In this document: positions 1 through 11,300 of the stretch, piece by piece
How positions within the stretch are numbered: position 1 is the stretch's first letter
Layout of the letters: each line of letters opens with the position of its first letter
Source: Octopus bimaculoides
Lineage: Eukaryota
Length of the DNA stretch: 37,524 nt
NCBI RefSeq assembly: GCF_001194135.2
Contig: NC_068985.1
Span: 78,660,853 to 78,698,376, forward strand
Direction of reading: 5' to 3'
Notes under the pieces: model-generated
Database searches by the model: none
What the model saw: the letters and a program-made list of their open reading frames with translations, nothing else
What the model was told of the DNA's origin: nothing
Program-made: the position numbers and the translations under genes

Positions 1-1039
1 GTGGTAGTGGTAGACAATATGGAAAGAGGATACAGCTCAATGGTATCACATTAGATATAAATTGTTGGTGAATAAGAGATTCTCAAGTAGCTGATTGTTT
101 TTTTGTTGTTCTTTTTTAAATGCAATCTTCGTAGTAGCTATGCTATCCTAGATGTATGAACAGTACTACTCTAGTACAGAGTGTATTTGTCCTCTGTATA
201 GCAGCTACACAGAGCTGAAGTTGTTTAGCCCCAGGTTAGCTCAGACCTAGCAGACAATGATCACTGGCATTTCAGAAGCCTTCTTTTCTCAAGAAGGTAA
301 GGTGTAATGAAATTTGGTTACTATTTCTAGCAGGTTGAGCAGCTAACCACATAGAAGCTCCATCTGACCCTTCAGATATATAGTTTAAAAAAACACAAAT
401 TACAGCCTAAATAGTACAACAGTTTCTTATTTATATTCATTTATGAATATAAATACATTTTCTCTTTAGTTGAGGATCATACAGGTTTATCTTGGCAAGT
501 AGAACTGAAAACCTAGCTTCAATTCCCATCAATAGTTGCTTCATTTATAACCCTATGATCTTAAGAAAGGTGCAACTGTTAAAGTCTCAAATTATTTCTC
601 ATAGGTTTTGAGGGTGTGTATTTTAAGATATATTATTCTTTTACTTGCTTAAATCATTCGACTGTAAATATGCCAGAGCACCACACAGTCAATCAAAAAG
701 AAACTAATACATTTTCTATTGGTCTCATTTTGGCCACACTGCTAAGTTACAGAAATCTGAGCAAGCCAAAGTCAGTTGTCAAGCAGTAAGAAACAGACAT
801 ATACAAATATATACATCGCACAATGAACTTCCATGGTTTTCATAGATCATTTACATATAAAATTGTAGGGTGTTTTAAGCAACATGTCTCTGTTGTATGA
901 TTGTCCTATTCAGTTTTACATTTTCTGTAACCGATTGGAAGTGTATTTTGAACCCTCTTCTCCCCAATGAGAAGTACAGTCTCAATGCCATTCAGGTTGC
1001 TTTTTAACAATTCTTTGTGCCTTGCTTCATGAATTTATC

Positions 1040-1260
1040 TAAGGAGGTCACCATCAATAACTATATGCTACCTGTTCTTTGGCCATCCAGATTTTCAGTT
1101 CACAAATTATGTCCACCTTAATACTATCTTTAGCATCTAGTCCCTGTCCATTCTGAATATTACCCTAACAGTCTGAGCCGCTAATACTCTATTGCAACCA
1201 GTTTGTGGTACAGTTCTTTGATTGGTCAAACATGGAGTAGATTTTCCTCAGGCACACATT
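1040..1260 (-). mobile_element. Degenerate RTE-type LINE fragment (RT C-terminal region)
   Basis: On - reads RLRLLG / IFRMDRD*MLKIVLRWT*FVN*KSGWPKNR*, matching the RLRWLGHV.RM...R.PK.VL.W...KR.RGRP..RW motif, with stops and a frameshift. Confidence 0.55.
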
Positions 1261-1399
1261 GTGGTAAGTAGTGATCTTACCACTTGCCAAGATTCTGAGG
1301 GAAGATCTGATAGTTCAGTCTTAGTCCTAGACTGTATTGCTTAGACTTCCAGATTGATTGAATTTTTGTGAATACCCCACTTGTTTTACTAAGATTTAC

Positions 1400-1493
1400 G
1401 AAGGACGTATTTTTTTGCCTCGTTGATCTGGTTGATAAGGCTTCCTAGAATCAGCGATTTTTTGTTGCCAATACAAGCTTATGTGAACTGGTG
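1400..1493 (-). CDS. Candidate second exon of the divergent gene (APVHISLYWQQKIADSRKPYQPDQRGKKIRP)
   Basis: Strong pyrimidine tract + AG (acttcctatacttttttccctttaag on -). Only phase 1 stays open, matching exon 1. Ends at a weak TC|GTAAAT donor or reads TCG TAA (stop). Confidence 0.25.
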
Positions 1494-1658
1494 CTTAAAG
1501 GGAAAAAAGTATAGGAAGTGTTTCAAATGAGTGAATTTTCCAACAAAACATCGATTACTATCCACATGTATTTATTTATAACCGGTTTAAAAGTGGCTTA
1601 GTAACCTAGAGTAAATAGATAATTATTGAAACACATCAAATAAACAGTATATATTTGA

Positions 1659-1782
1659 GGTAAATTTTCAGATTAACACCCGCACGATTTTCACTAGGGT
1701 GTTAGGGAATTCCGTCCCTAACCCTAACCCTGACCCTAAAACCCTAGTGAAAATCGTGCGGGTGTTAATCTGAAAATTTACC
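1659..1782. repeat. Perfect 42-bp inverted repeat enclosing telomere-type (TTAGGG/CCCTAA) repeats; MITE-like
   Basis: 1659-1700 is the exact reverse complement of 1741-1782; spacer gttagggaattccgtccctaaccctaaccctgaccctaaa. Confidence 0.9.
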
Positions 1783-2627
1783 AAGCTATCTTTCGATTTG
1801 ATGTGAAAGATAGCCAATTTACCATATTTGAGAGAAAGGAATTAGGAAGTAACGTCGATACTCCACCCACCTAACTCAAGAAAAAAGAACGGTAAAATAG
1901 AGGTGGGATTTGAACTCAATATGACAACGAGACATAACACCACCAGGCATTTTGTGGTAAATTTTTACTACCTCACTCTCATGATTTTCACAAAAAAAAA
2001 AAAACGATCTTTCGCGTGGAATCAACTCCCCTGACTTCCTACTCTCCCGCAAATCCCTTATTTTGGTGGTTGGGAAATTTTTTCTTTTTCGTTAAATGAA
2101 TTGCGGTGAGCACTAATATGCCAGAAACCCTTTTTTTAACCCGGAAAACGGGGGTTAGGGTGGGGTGGAACCCTCGGAAATTTACCCATTTTGCCTAACC
2201 TCTAACTCTTCTGTCAATCCACTGCCAATATAGCATTTTTTTTATTAGGCCCCTAGATCCATGAGGCCTCTAGGCAACTGCCCAGTGAGCCCATGCTATA
2301 AGACGGCACTCCATTCGTGCTCTCTTGCTTATCTCCATGTGTACAAGTTGACATCTTAAAACAAATACTGCAATCACTTCGAGCCAACTTCAACACGGTC
2401 GCTTAATCTGTTCAAAAACAAATCACTTTCAACTCATATTCTACCGTCTAGCTTTTAAAAGACTATTTGGACATTGTAGATTGAAAAGACGGGTTATCTC
2501 AATTAAAGCAGCTGATGATTAATATCATCGATCCGGGCCGACCTGGGGCTAAACAATAACACGATCACTGCAGTGGAAAGAAAGCAAAAGAGTTAAATAA
2601 AAAATAAAAAACTGAAATGCAACAAAC

Positions 2628-2721
2628 CTTCACACAGAGTTGGTAAAGTTACTTCTGTAGTTTGGTTAATTATAAATGTACAGAACATTAAAGTCGCAAA
2701 AAATGCACGTTTCGAATTCAT
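2628..2721 (-). CDS. Candidate first coding exon of a divergent gene encoding a signal-peptide-like N-terminus (MNSKRAFFATLMFCTFIINQTTEVTLPTLCE-); in-frame upstream ATG at 2769
   Basis: Open frame 2769 to 2628 ends at an AAG|GTTTGT donor (phase 1); basic n-region followed by a hydrophobic core. Confidence 0.4.
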
Positions 2722-3230
2722 TTTGAAGACGAGATGATAATAAGTAACGAGGTGGATTCTTACAAGCATGAGAAGCTCAAGTCCTAAGTTTCTAGCTAAA
2801 CGAATTGATTAACCCCCCACTTGACATAAAATAATTATAATTTTTGAACGAAAATAAAAAGATTATTGTAGCTTCCTTGTGAACTAAAATTATTCTTTTA
2901 TAATTTGTTATAATTTTTTTCATGGAATGTATAAAGAAATCTAAACTGTAGCACATCACGATAAGTACTTCCTGTGAAAAAAAAGTCATCATTTTTTTGT
3001 GATAACAAAAGAGAGGAATTCGTGTAGACTGACCAGAGTCCGCGGATTTTCTCTCTTAAACTGATTTTTGGCCTTTAAAATTTATATCAGATTTAAGTAA
3101 GTATTTCATTAATGCATCACATTATGTAAAATCCGCCATTACGTTATTTTATTGTACATATTATATAGAAACGATTCGATTCTATAATAGGGCGGTGCCC
3201 GCTGCCGGAAATTTTAATTACTCTTTCAAT
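2700..3230. promoter_or_regulatory. CpG-enriched, probably bidirectional promoter region
   Basis: CpG excess relative to flanks (ccgcgg, ccgccatt YY1-like, gggcggtgcccgctgccgg); splice donors point away in both directions (2627 on -, 3097 on +). Confidence 0.45.
3000..3096 (+). other. ARPC1: Probable non-coding first exon of ARPC1 (5' end uncertain)
   Basis: Consensus donor AA|GTAAGT at 3097 in a locally CpG-rich segment; the first coding exon has an acceptor 21 nt upstream of ATG. Confidence 0.45.
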
Positions 3231-5909
3231 TTCTGAATACTTTGCTACTAGCGAAAGAATGCTACTTTTATTTCTAAAAAAAAAAAGGTTAAAATGTATT
3301 GTATTTAGTTCTACTGTGAAGTAAAACAATTGATTGTCAATATTTTTCTCTATTTTAATGATTCTAAGTATCTGTGATGTTGATAAGATTCAAGTTTCTT
3401 TTAAATGTTTGTATTTTTGGTTCTGCTTTTGAGATAATTTGAAATGTAATTCGTAAGCTGTGATGTTACTAATTACCGATGTAAAAGTATAAAAAGTAAT
3501 TATTTTTAACTATCAGTAAGTACTGTATTATAATAGCATTTTGTTCACTCCATTAGGCTGTGTATAGACATTTCTAACCTATATTGTTTTTATTCAAACC
3601 AGTTAAATACTTGTTTATCATTATATTATCTAAAAAGTTTCAAAAATTATTTAAATAATTCGTTTCTAAAAGTATTATTCGCCGGAGACTATAACAAACG
3701 TCGCTAACCGTCTGTTCAGCGTAACTGAAATACTTCTCTAACGAAGATAATTATTATCTGAGTCACGTCGTCCCAGCTACCCAAATACTTTTGCCCTAAA
3801 GAATAATTCTCTGTGATAATGTGTGTGTCTGTAAGAGTATTAGAGAGAAATTTTGAGTTAAAATAGTCTTGAGTCCAGCCTGCTCATTCCTACTAATTCT
3901 AATGAAGATTAAAGAGTAACCCACATGTGAGACATAGTGTGAGTATGCAGAGCGGTAATTAAAATAACATTCAATTTCCCTGGACTAATAAAACTTCCAC
4001 ATAAACCATCAAGGGAGCCTCTACAAGAACTACTCGGCTACAAGAAATAGTCACCAAATCTTCCTCAAATCACACCTACCGTCTTAATACTAGATTTATA
4101 ATGAATTCCGCTATTTGATATTTTATGTAGTTTTCTTAGAATTTACACTACTACCTAAAATTAGTAAAAAAAAATATCTAGTACTTGAATTAAACAAAAA
4201 ACGAGAAGGACACATAATGTAGTCCTAGATAAACTGTAAATAAAAACTGGGATAACCAAGGCTGAACCGTATATTTTTCTATAACAGCCTGACGTGGGAG
4301 CTATACGAGGAAACATCAAATATTGCTGTCACTGCTTTTGACTCAAATTTAATAAAACAACCTTTATACAAAAGGTTAAGTGTTAACACATTTAAAGATG
4401 GTGGCATCAAAAACCTAGATATTTATTTCTGACTTTTTACTAATTCTATTAACTTTTCTTCAGCTTTGGAGGGAAAATACAGTCTAAGAAAACTTTTATA
4501 ATTGTTCCATCAACTATCAGTATGGGACTAGTAGAATGTTTCTTCTCAACACTGAATCTATAAAAGTATTATAGAGGCTCCATTTTCCAATCACATTATT
4601 GTTTTTATTGTCAAGAGGTCAATATCCAAGGATTTTCAGCTTTGAAAATTTTTCAGGCTCAGGGGATGAAAATTGATATTTAGAGTAATTTTAAACATTG
4701 TAGTTTTCCATTTCTATACTCACCATCAGGTATATTTTCAGTATATATATATATATATAGTTTTATATAGTTTGAACTTAGTGATAAAAAGTTGTTCTGT
4801 TCAAAACTTGAAGAAAACACCAAATTTTTCACTTTGTCCCATTTTTGACATCCCTGTTGCAGAAGATAGCAGGTTTTTTAGTAAGTGGAGTAATGTGTTC
4901 TGTTAAAACTTTAGACACTGTAAGATTAGAGAAGATAAGATGCTCACCAACTGTAAAGTAATAATAGCCTAAACTTGAAATTTTTTTGAAAGTGGCCTTC
5001 ATGACATGGACTTTGTGCAATTTTTGGTTGGCATTTTTTTTTCATTGGCTGAGTTAAAATAATTGATATTTAGCGTCTGAAGGACTTGAGATTGTGGAGA
5101 TTAAAGTAACATACTTTCCAAGGTATGGTATCAAACCCATTTGGAATGATAGGTCCCTAAAATTAAATGAAATTCAATATTTCGAAAATAGCCAAAAAAA
5201 ATTAAATGGCCATAAAATCTGGTTGGTAACAGCCATGAAGCTAAAATTTTCATGAATTCCTCCTCTCATGGATATTAACAAATGGTGTAAATTTGATGAA
5301 AATTTTAGAACCTTTGCATCAGACCCTTGTTGAATTTCACTGGAATGACTCTATACTGTCATGAGGAACAGGTCTTCTTCCCCAATACTCTAATGATCCC
5401 AGACATCTGAGAAATACTCAAGATTAGCAAGGACGAAGCAAAATGAAAAGTATGGATAATATTTGTTGGGGAGAAAATGAGGAGTGGAGTTTAGAGAGAT
5501 AAGTAGATTTAGTGTGGAGTGGAAACAACTATTTTTACATTACTATGTGACCTATTTATGGTGGATTCTGCCATCACTATTTATATTCATATACTCCTTG
5601 ACTAACCAGTGAAATAGCTCTGAAATCTTTCTCATATCACACAGCCTATAGTCTTAAGGAAGGACCTATTGACTAATAACGAAGTTCTAGATACACTAAC
5701 CTACAACAAAGAGGGGATGGTCATGCCTGAATTCTTGGTCATAAGCTTGCTCAAACAGAGATAACCTGGCACTAAACATCTAGGTGAACTGTCTTCATTT
5801 TGTGATCAGCACATCACATTGGCCACTATTTGTTTACACAGAGGTAGACCATACTTTCACAAAGTGTCTATTTACAAATAGTTAAATGTTTTTGCCAAAC
5901 AACATTTTT

Positions 5910-6664
5910 CACTTTTGGGGTGATAAATTTTGGGTGATCCCAAATATATAAAGATGCAGATATTTTGCTAAACCTTCCATTTCTTGATTATGTTTGAAAA
6001 TTAATTTAAACATATTGGCAGTCTACTCATTAAAAATAGTCACGAAAAGGTTAATGCCAAGTTAGAAATATCAATTACCTTCACTAACCAAAAAATATGA
6101 AATTCATGACAACATCAAGTAGTTAGCCTAAAATAATATGAGGAAACACTTTGTCAGGACACAGTCTTCAATACATATATGTATACAGGACAATCTCTCT
6201 CTATCTCACACACAAAGTTGCAGTTATCAGTTTACTAAATGGAACTTTGTGTGTGTGTGTGAGATAGAGAGAGATTGTCCGGTATACATATATGCATTGA
6301 AGTCTGTATGTAAAAACACATAAAGTATATGAACTAGTTCCTGATAATGTAGCAGGATACAGCTAATATCTGGTCGTTTGTGACTCTAAAGTGTAGGCTA
6401 ATTTTGTCAAGGAGTGTCCTGACAAAGTGTTTTCTCATATTACTTAGCTAACTACTTGATGTTGTCATGAATTTCATATTTTTTGGTTAGTGAAGGTAAT
6501 TAATATTTCTAACTTGGCATTAACCTTTTCGTGACTATTTTTAATGAGTAGACTGCCAATATATTTAAATTAGTTTTGAAACATAATCAAGAAATGGAAG
6601 GTTTAGCAAGATATCTGCATCTTTATATATTTGGGATCACCCAAAATTCATCACCCCAAAAGTG
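5910..6664. mobile_element. Fold-back element or large MITE (about 755 bp) in ARPC1 5' intron
   Basis: About 250-bp arms 5910-6162 and 6414-6664 are near-identical reverse complements; inner arms about 6163-6219 and 6243-6304; termini CACTTTTGGGG/CCCCAAAAGTG flanked by TTT. Confidence 0.85.
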
Positions 6665-6788
6665 TTTCCTAACCTTTTCACTGTTGATGAACTCTTCAAA
6701 TACATTCCATATCTAAGAGAATACAATCATTAATATCATTATATATCATTAATATTATTATATCTCTCCCTTTTATAAAGTTAAATTT

Positions 6789-6935
6789 TGTGGTAAGAAG
6801 CTTGCTTCTCAACTACATGGTTCCAGGTTCAGTCCCACTGCCTGCACCTTGAACAAGTATCTTCTACTATAGCCTTAGGCCAATTAAAGCCTTTAAGGTG
6901 GATTTGGATTTGGTAGACAGAAACTGAAACAAGCT

Positions 6936-6973
<38 letters not shown>

Positions 6974-7175
6974 ATGTATCTGTGTTTGTCCCCCACCATT
7001 GTTTGACAACTGTTACATCCCCGTAACTTAGCAGTTCAGAAAAAAGACCAATAAAATAAGTACTACACTTAAGAAAAAAATAAGTCCTGTGGTTGATTTG
7101 TTTAACTAAAACCCTTCAAAGCAGTGCCCTAGCATGGCCACAGTCAATGATTGAAACAAGTAAAGAAGATAAAAT
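6789..7175 (+). mobile_element. tRNA-derived SINE family A (further copies: 18183-18532 +, 20788-21180 +, 22853-23075 -, 25375-25600 -, 27740-28185 - two tandem partial copies)
   Basis: A/B-box-like head (tggtaagaag...ggttcagtccc), internal (TA)n or (GT)n, shared tail gaaacaagtaaaagataa; multiple copies in the window. Confidence 0.8.
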
Positions 7176-8306
7176 CATGAAACTCATTGAAAGGTTTGGC
7201 AATTCTAAACCCATCAGATACCACAAGGAGTGTTTAAGAAATTTCTTAAGACCTTGTTCAGACCAAATTGCCCCACAATCCCCTAATGAAATCTTTTTTC
7301 CCCATAGGGTCAGTCTACTTATTGCTTACAAATGCCAAGATTTCAAATATACATTGCATGTGTACAAAATACAAATATAGAAACATGACTTAAAAGTGCA
7401 TTAATCTGATTATCACTATTTCTCTCATAACTCCTAGGGACTTCATGAAATCCTAAGGTTCTGGTTTGGTTGTGGGTGGAGAAGGAGACCATGACTCCCT
7501 TATTGTCACTAATCTCTTCTTTGATCTCTGGAAATAGCCCAGCTGGATATCAGCGACCTTGGGTAGGCCTCTTAAATCCTGTGCTCACCAGGGTACTGGT
7601 CATGAATTGGAAGAGAAGAGGATATGAGGTTATGCATCAGATGGTTGGGCAACATCCAAGGCATTACCTTATAGCTTAGTCCTTGTACTATCTGGCAACA
7701 GGCCTCTGCTTGAAACTTCTTTTAGTGTACTCTCTGACACTGATAACATGCATAGGAGAGCAATTAGAATCAATGTGCTATAGGATCATGGTTCCTCTCT
7801 TCCTTTGTTAGTATCCTAATTGAAAAGCTGGTAACAATGAACTTTGCTAATGGCATTCATGAGCCAGGAGGTAGTACCAAACCTAATGGTGTGTCGGGGC
7901 TGTTGCCACATAGTAGTCTTAAGATGCTGCATATTTGAGCAGTTCACAATGTAGTATTGCATACAGGTAGTTGGTTATCACAGCCTATCATGTTGTTAGA
8001 TGTAGTTTATTGTGGATTATCAAATTATGATGTTTAGGTCCCTCTTGTTATATATTGATATTGAACCATGAAATTGACATAGTACTTCTTAAAACAAGTG
8101 CATATACAGATTCAGTCTTGTGAATTTGCTCTGACTCACATTTGAATGCACATTCACATCAACACTAACGTATAAATGCAAGCTAAAATATAGATTATTT
8201 TCTACTAGTTCCAACCAGTTTGCTGTGGCCTTACTAATGGATTTTTTAAAATAATTTTTTGTTTTCTCCTTTTTTTTTCATCAAGTCTCAACAACCACTG
8301 AGCAAA

Positions 8307-8373
8307 ATGACTGAGGTTCACAACTTTGGCACTGAAGCTGTAACATGCCATGCTTGGAATAAAAACTGCACCG
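8307..8373 (+). CDS. ARPC1: ARPC1 coding exon 1 ([22 protein letters not shown], phase 1)
   Basis: ATG in aaaATGa context; donor GTGAGT at 8374; polypyrimidine + AAG acceptor ending at 8285 implies an upstream non-coding exon. Confidence 0.92.
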
Positions 8374-11300
8374 GTGAGTTATCTTTTAATTTCTTTAAAA
8401 CCATATCAACTTCTCACTACCTCTATGTCCTCTTTCTCTTAGTAATTCATCATATTTTGATTGGTTTCAAGAATAAAGACCTCTAACAAGGTCTTAGTAA
8501 AAAGTTTTTTATCTTATGAGGCCTTATATCTGTTAAAGCAAGGCTTGATGGACAGAACGAAAAAGTGGTGCAAGTATATCCCTGCCCAATGTGATCCAAT
8601 AGTTTATAATAATCCTTTCTATTGTAGACACATGGCCTGAATTTTGTTATGAGGGAGTTAATCGATTAATACAACCCAGTCTTCAACTGGTACTTATTTC
8701 ATCAACCATGAAAGGATGAAAGGCAAAGTCGACCTCAATAGAATTTGAACATAAAGATGGATGAAATGCTGCATTTTGTCCAGCATGCTAACAATTTTGC
8801 AACTTGCAATCTTGCTTTTTCAAATTTTGGCACAGGGCCTGCAGTTTTTGAAGGAGAGTAATCTGATTGCATCAACCCCAGTACTCGACTGGTATTTATT
8901 TTATCAATCCTGAACGGATAAAAAGCAAAGTCGACCTCAGCAGAATTTGAACTAAGAACATAAAGACAGACAAAATGCTCCTAAGCACAATATCACAAAT
9001 TGTAGGGAATTGGTATAGTTGATTGTATTGATTCCCAGCCCCTAGTACTTCATGGAAATGTGCTTCATCTTAGAAGGATAAAAAATGGCGTTTACCATGG
9101 CAGGGTTTGAACCCAAGATGTAACTAAATACTAAAGGCATTTTGTCCAATGCCATTACAATTCTGCTCTAATAATTGTATATTTTTAGTTTTTCACTGAT
9201 TGCCAGATTATTAATTAATTTCTTTTTTTTATAAATATTACTGTTGTAACAGCTTCCATCACATTCCAGGGGGAAAAACTACAAGTAGTTGATAGCTTCC
9301 ATTACCTATGTGACCAAGTCAGTAGCAGGTTTGGATGCTCTGAGAGTGTAGCTACTAGAATAAGAATAGCCTGGGCAAAGTTCAGAGAGCTCCCACCTCT
9401 GCTCTCTCAGAATAAAAGGTAGACTGTATGATGCATGTGTCAGAACAGCCAGTCTAGTTATGTAACCTTGTGTTTAGTGTATTGGGTTCAGGATCCTAAC
9501 ATTGAGGCTTTCATATGCCAAGTGGGCAGCAATATTGTTTCCTTGAGCAAGGTGTTTCATTGTACGTTGCTCCAACCTACTCAGATGAAAACGAGTACCA
9601 GCCTAGTGCTGGTGCAACACACTCTCTCCCTCTCTCTCTCTCTCTCTCCCTCCTTCCCCCTCTCTCCCTCCTTCCCCCCTCTCTCTCTCCCCCCTCTCTC
9701 TCTGTTCTGCTGGGTCAAGAGAGTGTTTGCTCTCAATTACATAGAGACTAAAAAGTAATTAACAAAAGCATGACTCAGGCCACCAGATCACACTTCACTT
9801 GTGAGTGGTGGCTATGGGGATCTTTTTTTATAATCTAGGAGGAAAAGGCAATACTTCAACCTTCTATTTTTGCAGGGCCTCAGACCTATCTGGAGCTCTA
9901 CCTCTCTGTTGGAAATAGTTAGCAGTTAATCTAAATATATTAGAAGTCTACCTATGATAAATTGGTGTTCTATCTAAGAAAATTGATCATTCCTTCACTG
10001 AAAACCAGATCTAAATACTGGTCCTTATATTTTCTGCACAATTCTTACTGTTTATTTCTGAAACAAAAAAACCTAGTTGTCATCATCTTCGTCATTTAAC
10101 ATCCTTGTATTATGCTGGGATGTGTTGGACAGTTTGACTGGATCCAGTGTGTCCCAAAACTACTGCATTGTGCTCCAGTGTCTGCTTTGGCGTGGTTTCT
10201 ATAGATGGATGTCTTTCTTAACACCAACTGCTTTACAGCATTGATTGGATGCTTTTTTTCATACCAGCTGCTTTATTGAGGTCACCATGCAGTCCACAGG
10301 ACTACGAACTCTGAGGGAGGTGGGAGAGGTCAGCTTCATGCTTGTGGATGAAGGGATTACTATCAGAAGGGTGGGGGAGCAGGTTCTTGCAGAGGGATTT
10401 GCGTGGATATTCGCATCTAGTAAGGGAAAGAAGGAGAGGGAAAAAGAAAATAATCAATAGGAGCTGCAAGAGATAATGGAATATTGAAATATTGAAGTTG
10501 ATTAACACTTTAGCATTCAAACTGGCCATATCCAGCCCAAATATTCTATTTGTTCTATGTTCAAACCAGCCAGATCCAGTCTCACTCCTACCCTACAACA
10601 ATCACATCATTGAAATTCCAAAGCCACAAGATAATATACATGATTAATTCAAAACCATCATCATCATCATCATCGTCGTTTAACGTCCGCTTTCCATGCT
10701 AGCATGGGTTGGACGTTTTGACTGAGGACTGGTGAAACCAGATGGCTACACCAGGCTCCAATCAGATTTGGCAGAGTTTCTACAGCTGGATGCCCTTCCT
10801 AACGCCAACCACTCAGAGAGTGTATGTGAATGACTAAATATTACATTTGACTGAGTAATCTGAATGCCAAAGGGTTAAATCCTGTATATACTCTCCCAAA
10901 CTCTATTGTGACATCATCAACTTTGGTTTTCCAGACAGAATCAGTTCATTCTTTGGAGTTTCAGTTACTGTGATGCTCAATCCCATACATATGGTGGCGG
11001 GCCAGTCTCTGGAGTGAGGGACTAGTATCTAAGTTGGGTATAATTTCTAATATCTTTAGATTATTTTAAACAGTGGAACCTCAATTTACGAATATAATTC
11101 ATTTCTGAAGGCTGTTCATTACTTGAAATGTTTGTAAACCGAAACTATTTTTCTCATAAGAAAGCACAGCAAATTCAAGCAGGGATGTGCACTGAGTGAA
11201 AGTTAGACAACAACTGACACTTTCCAGCCGAAGCTCTCAGCTTGTCATCAACTGTTGTTTCTGGCTTGTGTATTCATTACTTGAGACATTGTTCGTCACC

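Noticed and set aside
3748-3772. CUAACGA-AGAUAA/UUAUCU-GAGU hammerhead-like pattern
   Set aside because: Two core elements are wrong and there are no stems I or III.
4590-5352. Possible DNA transposon remnant in the first intron
   Set aside because: Only one plausible terminus is visible and there is no matching TIR or coding motif.
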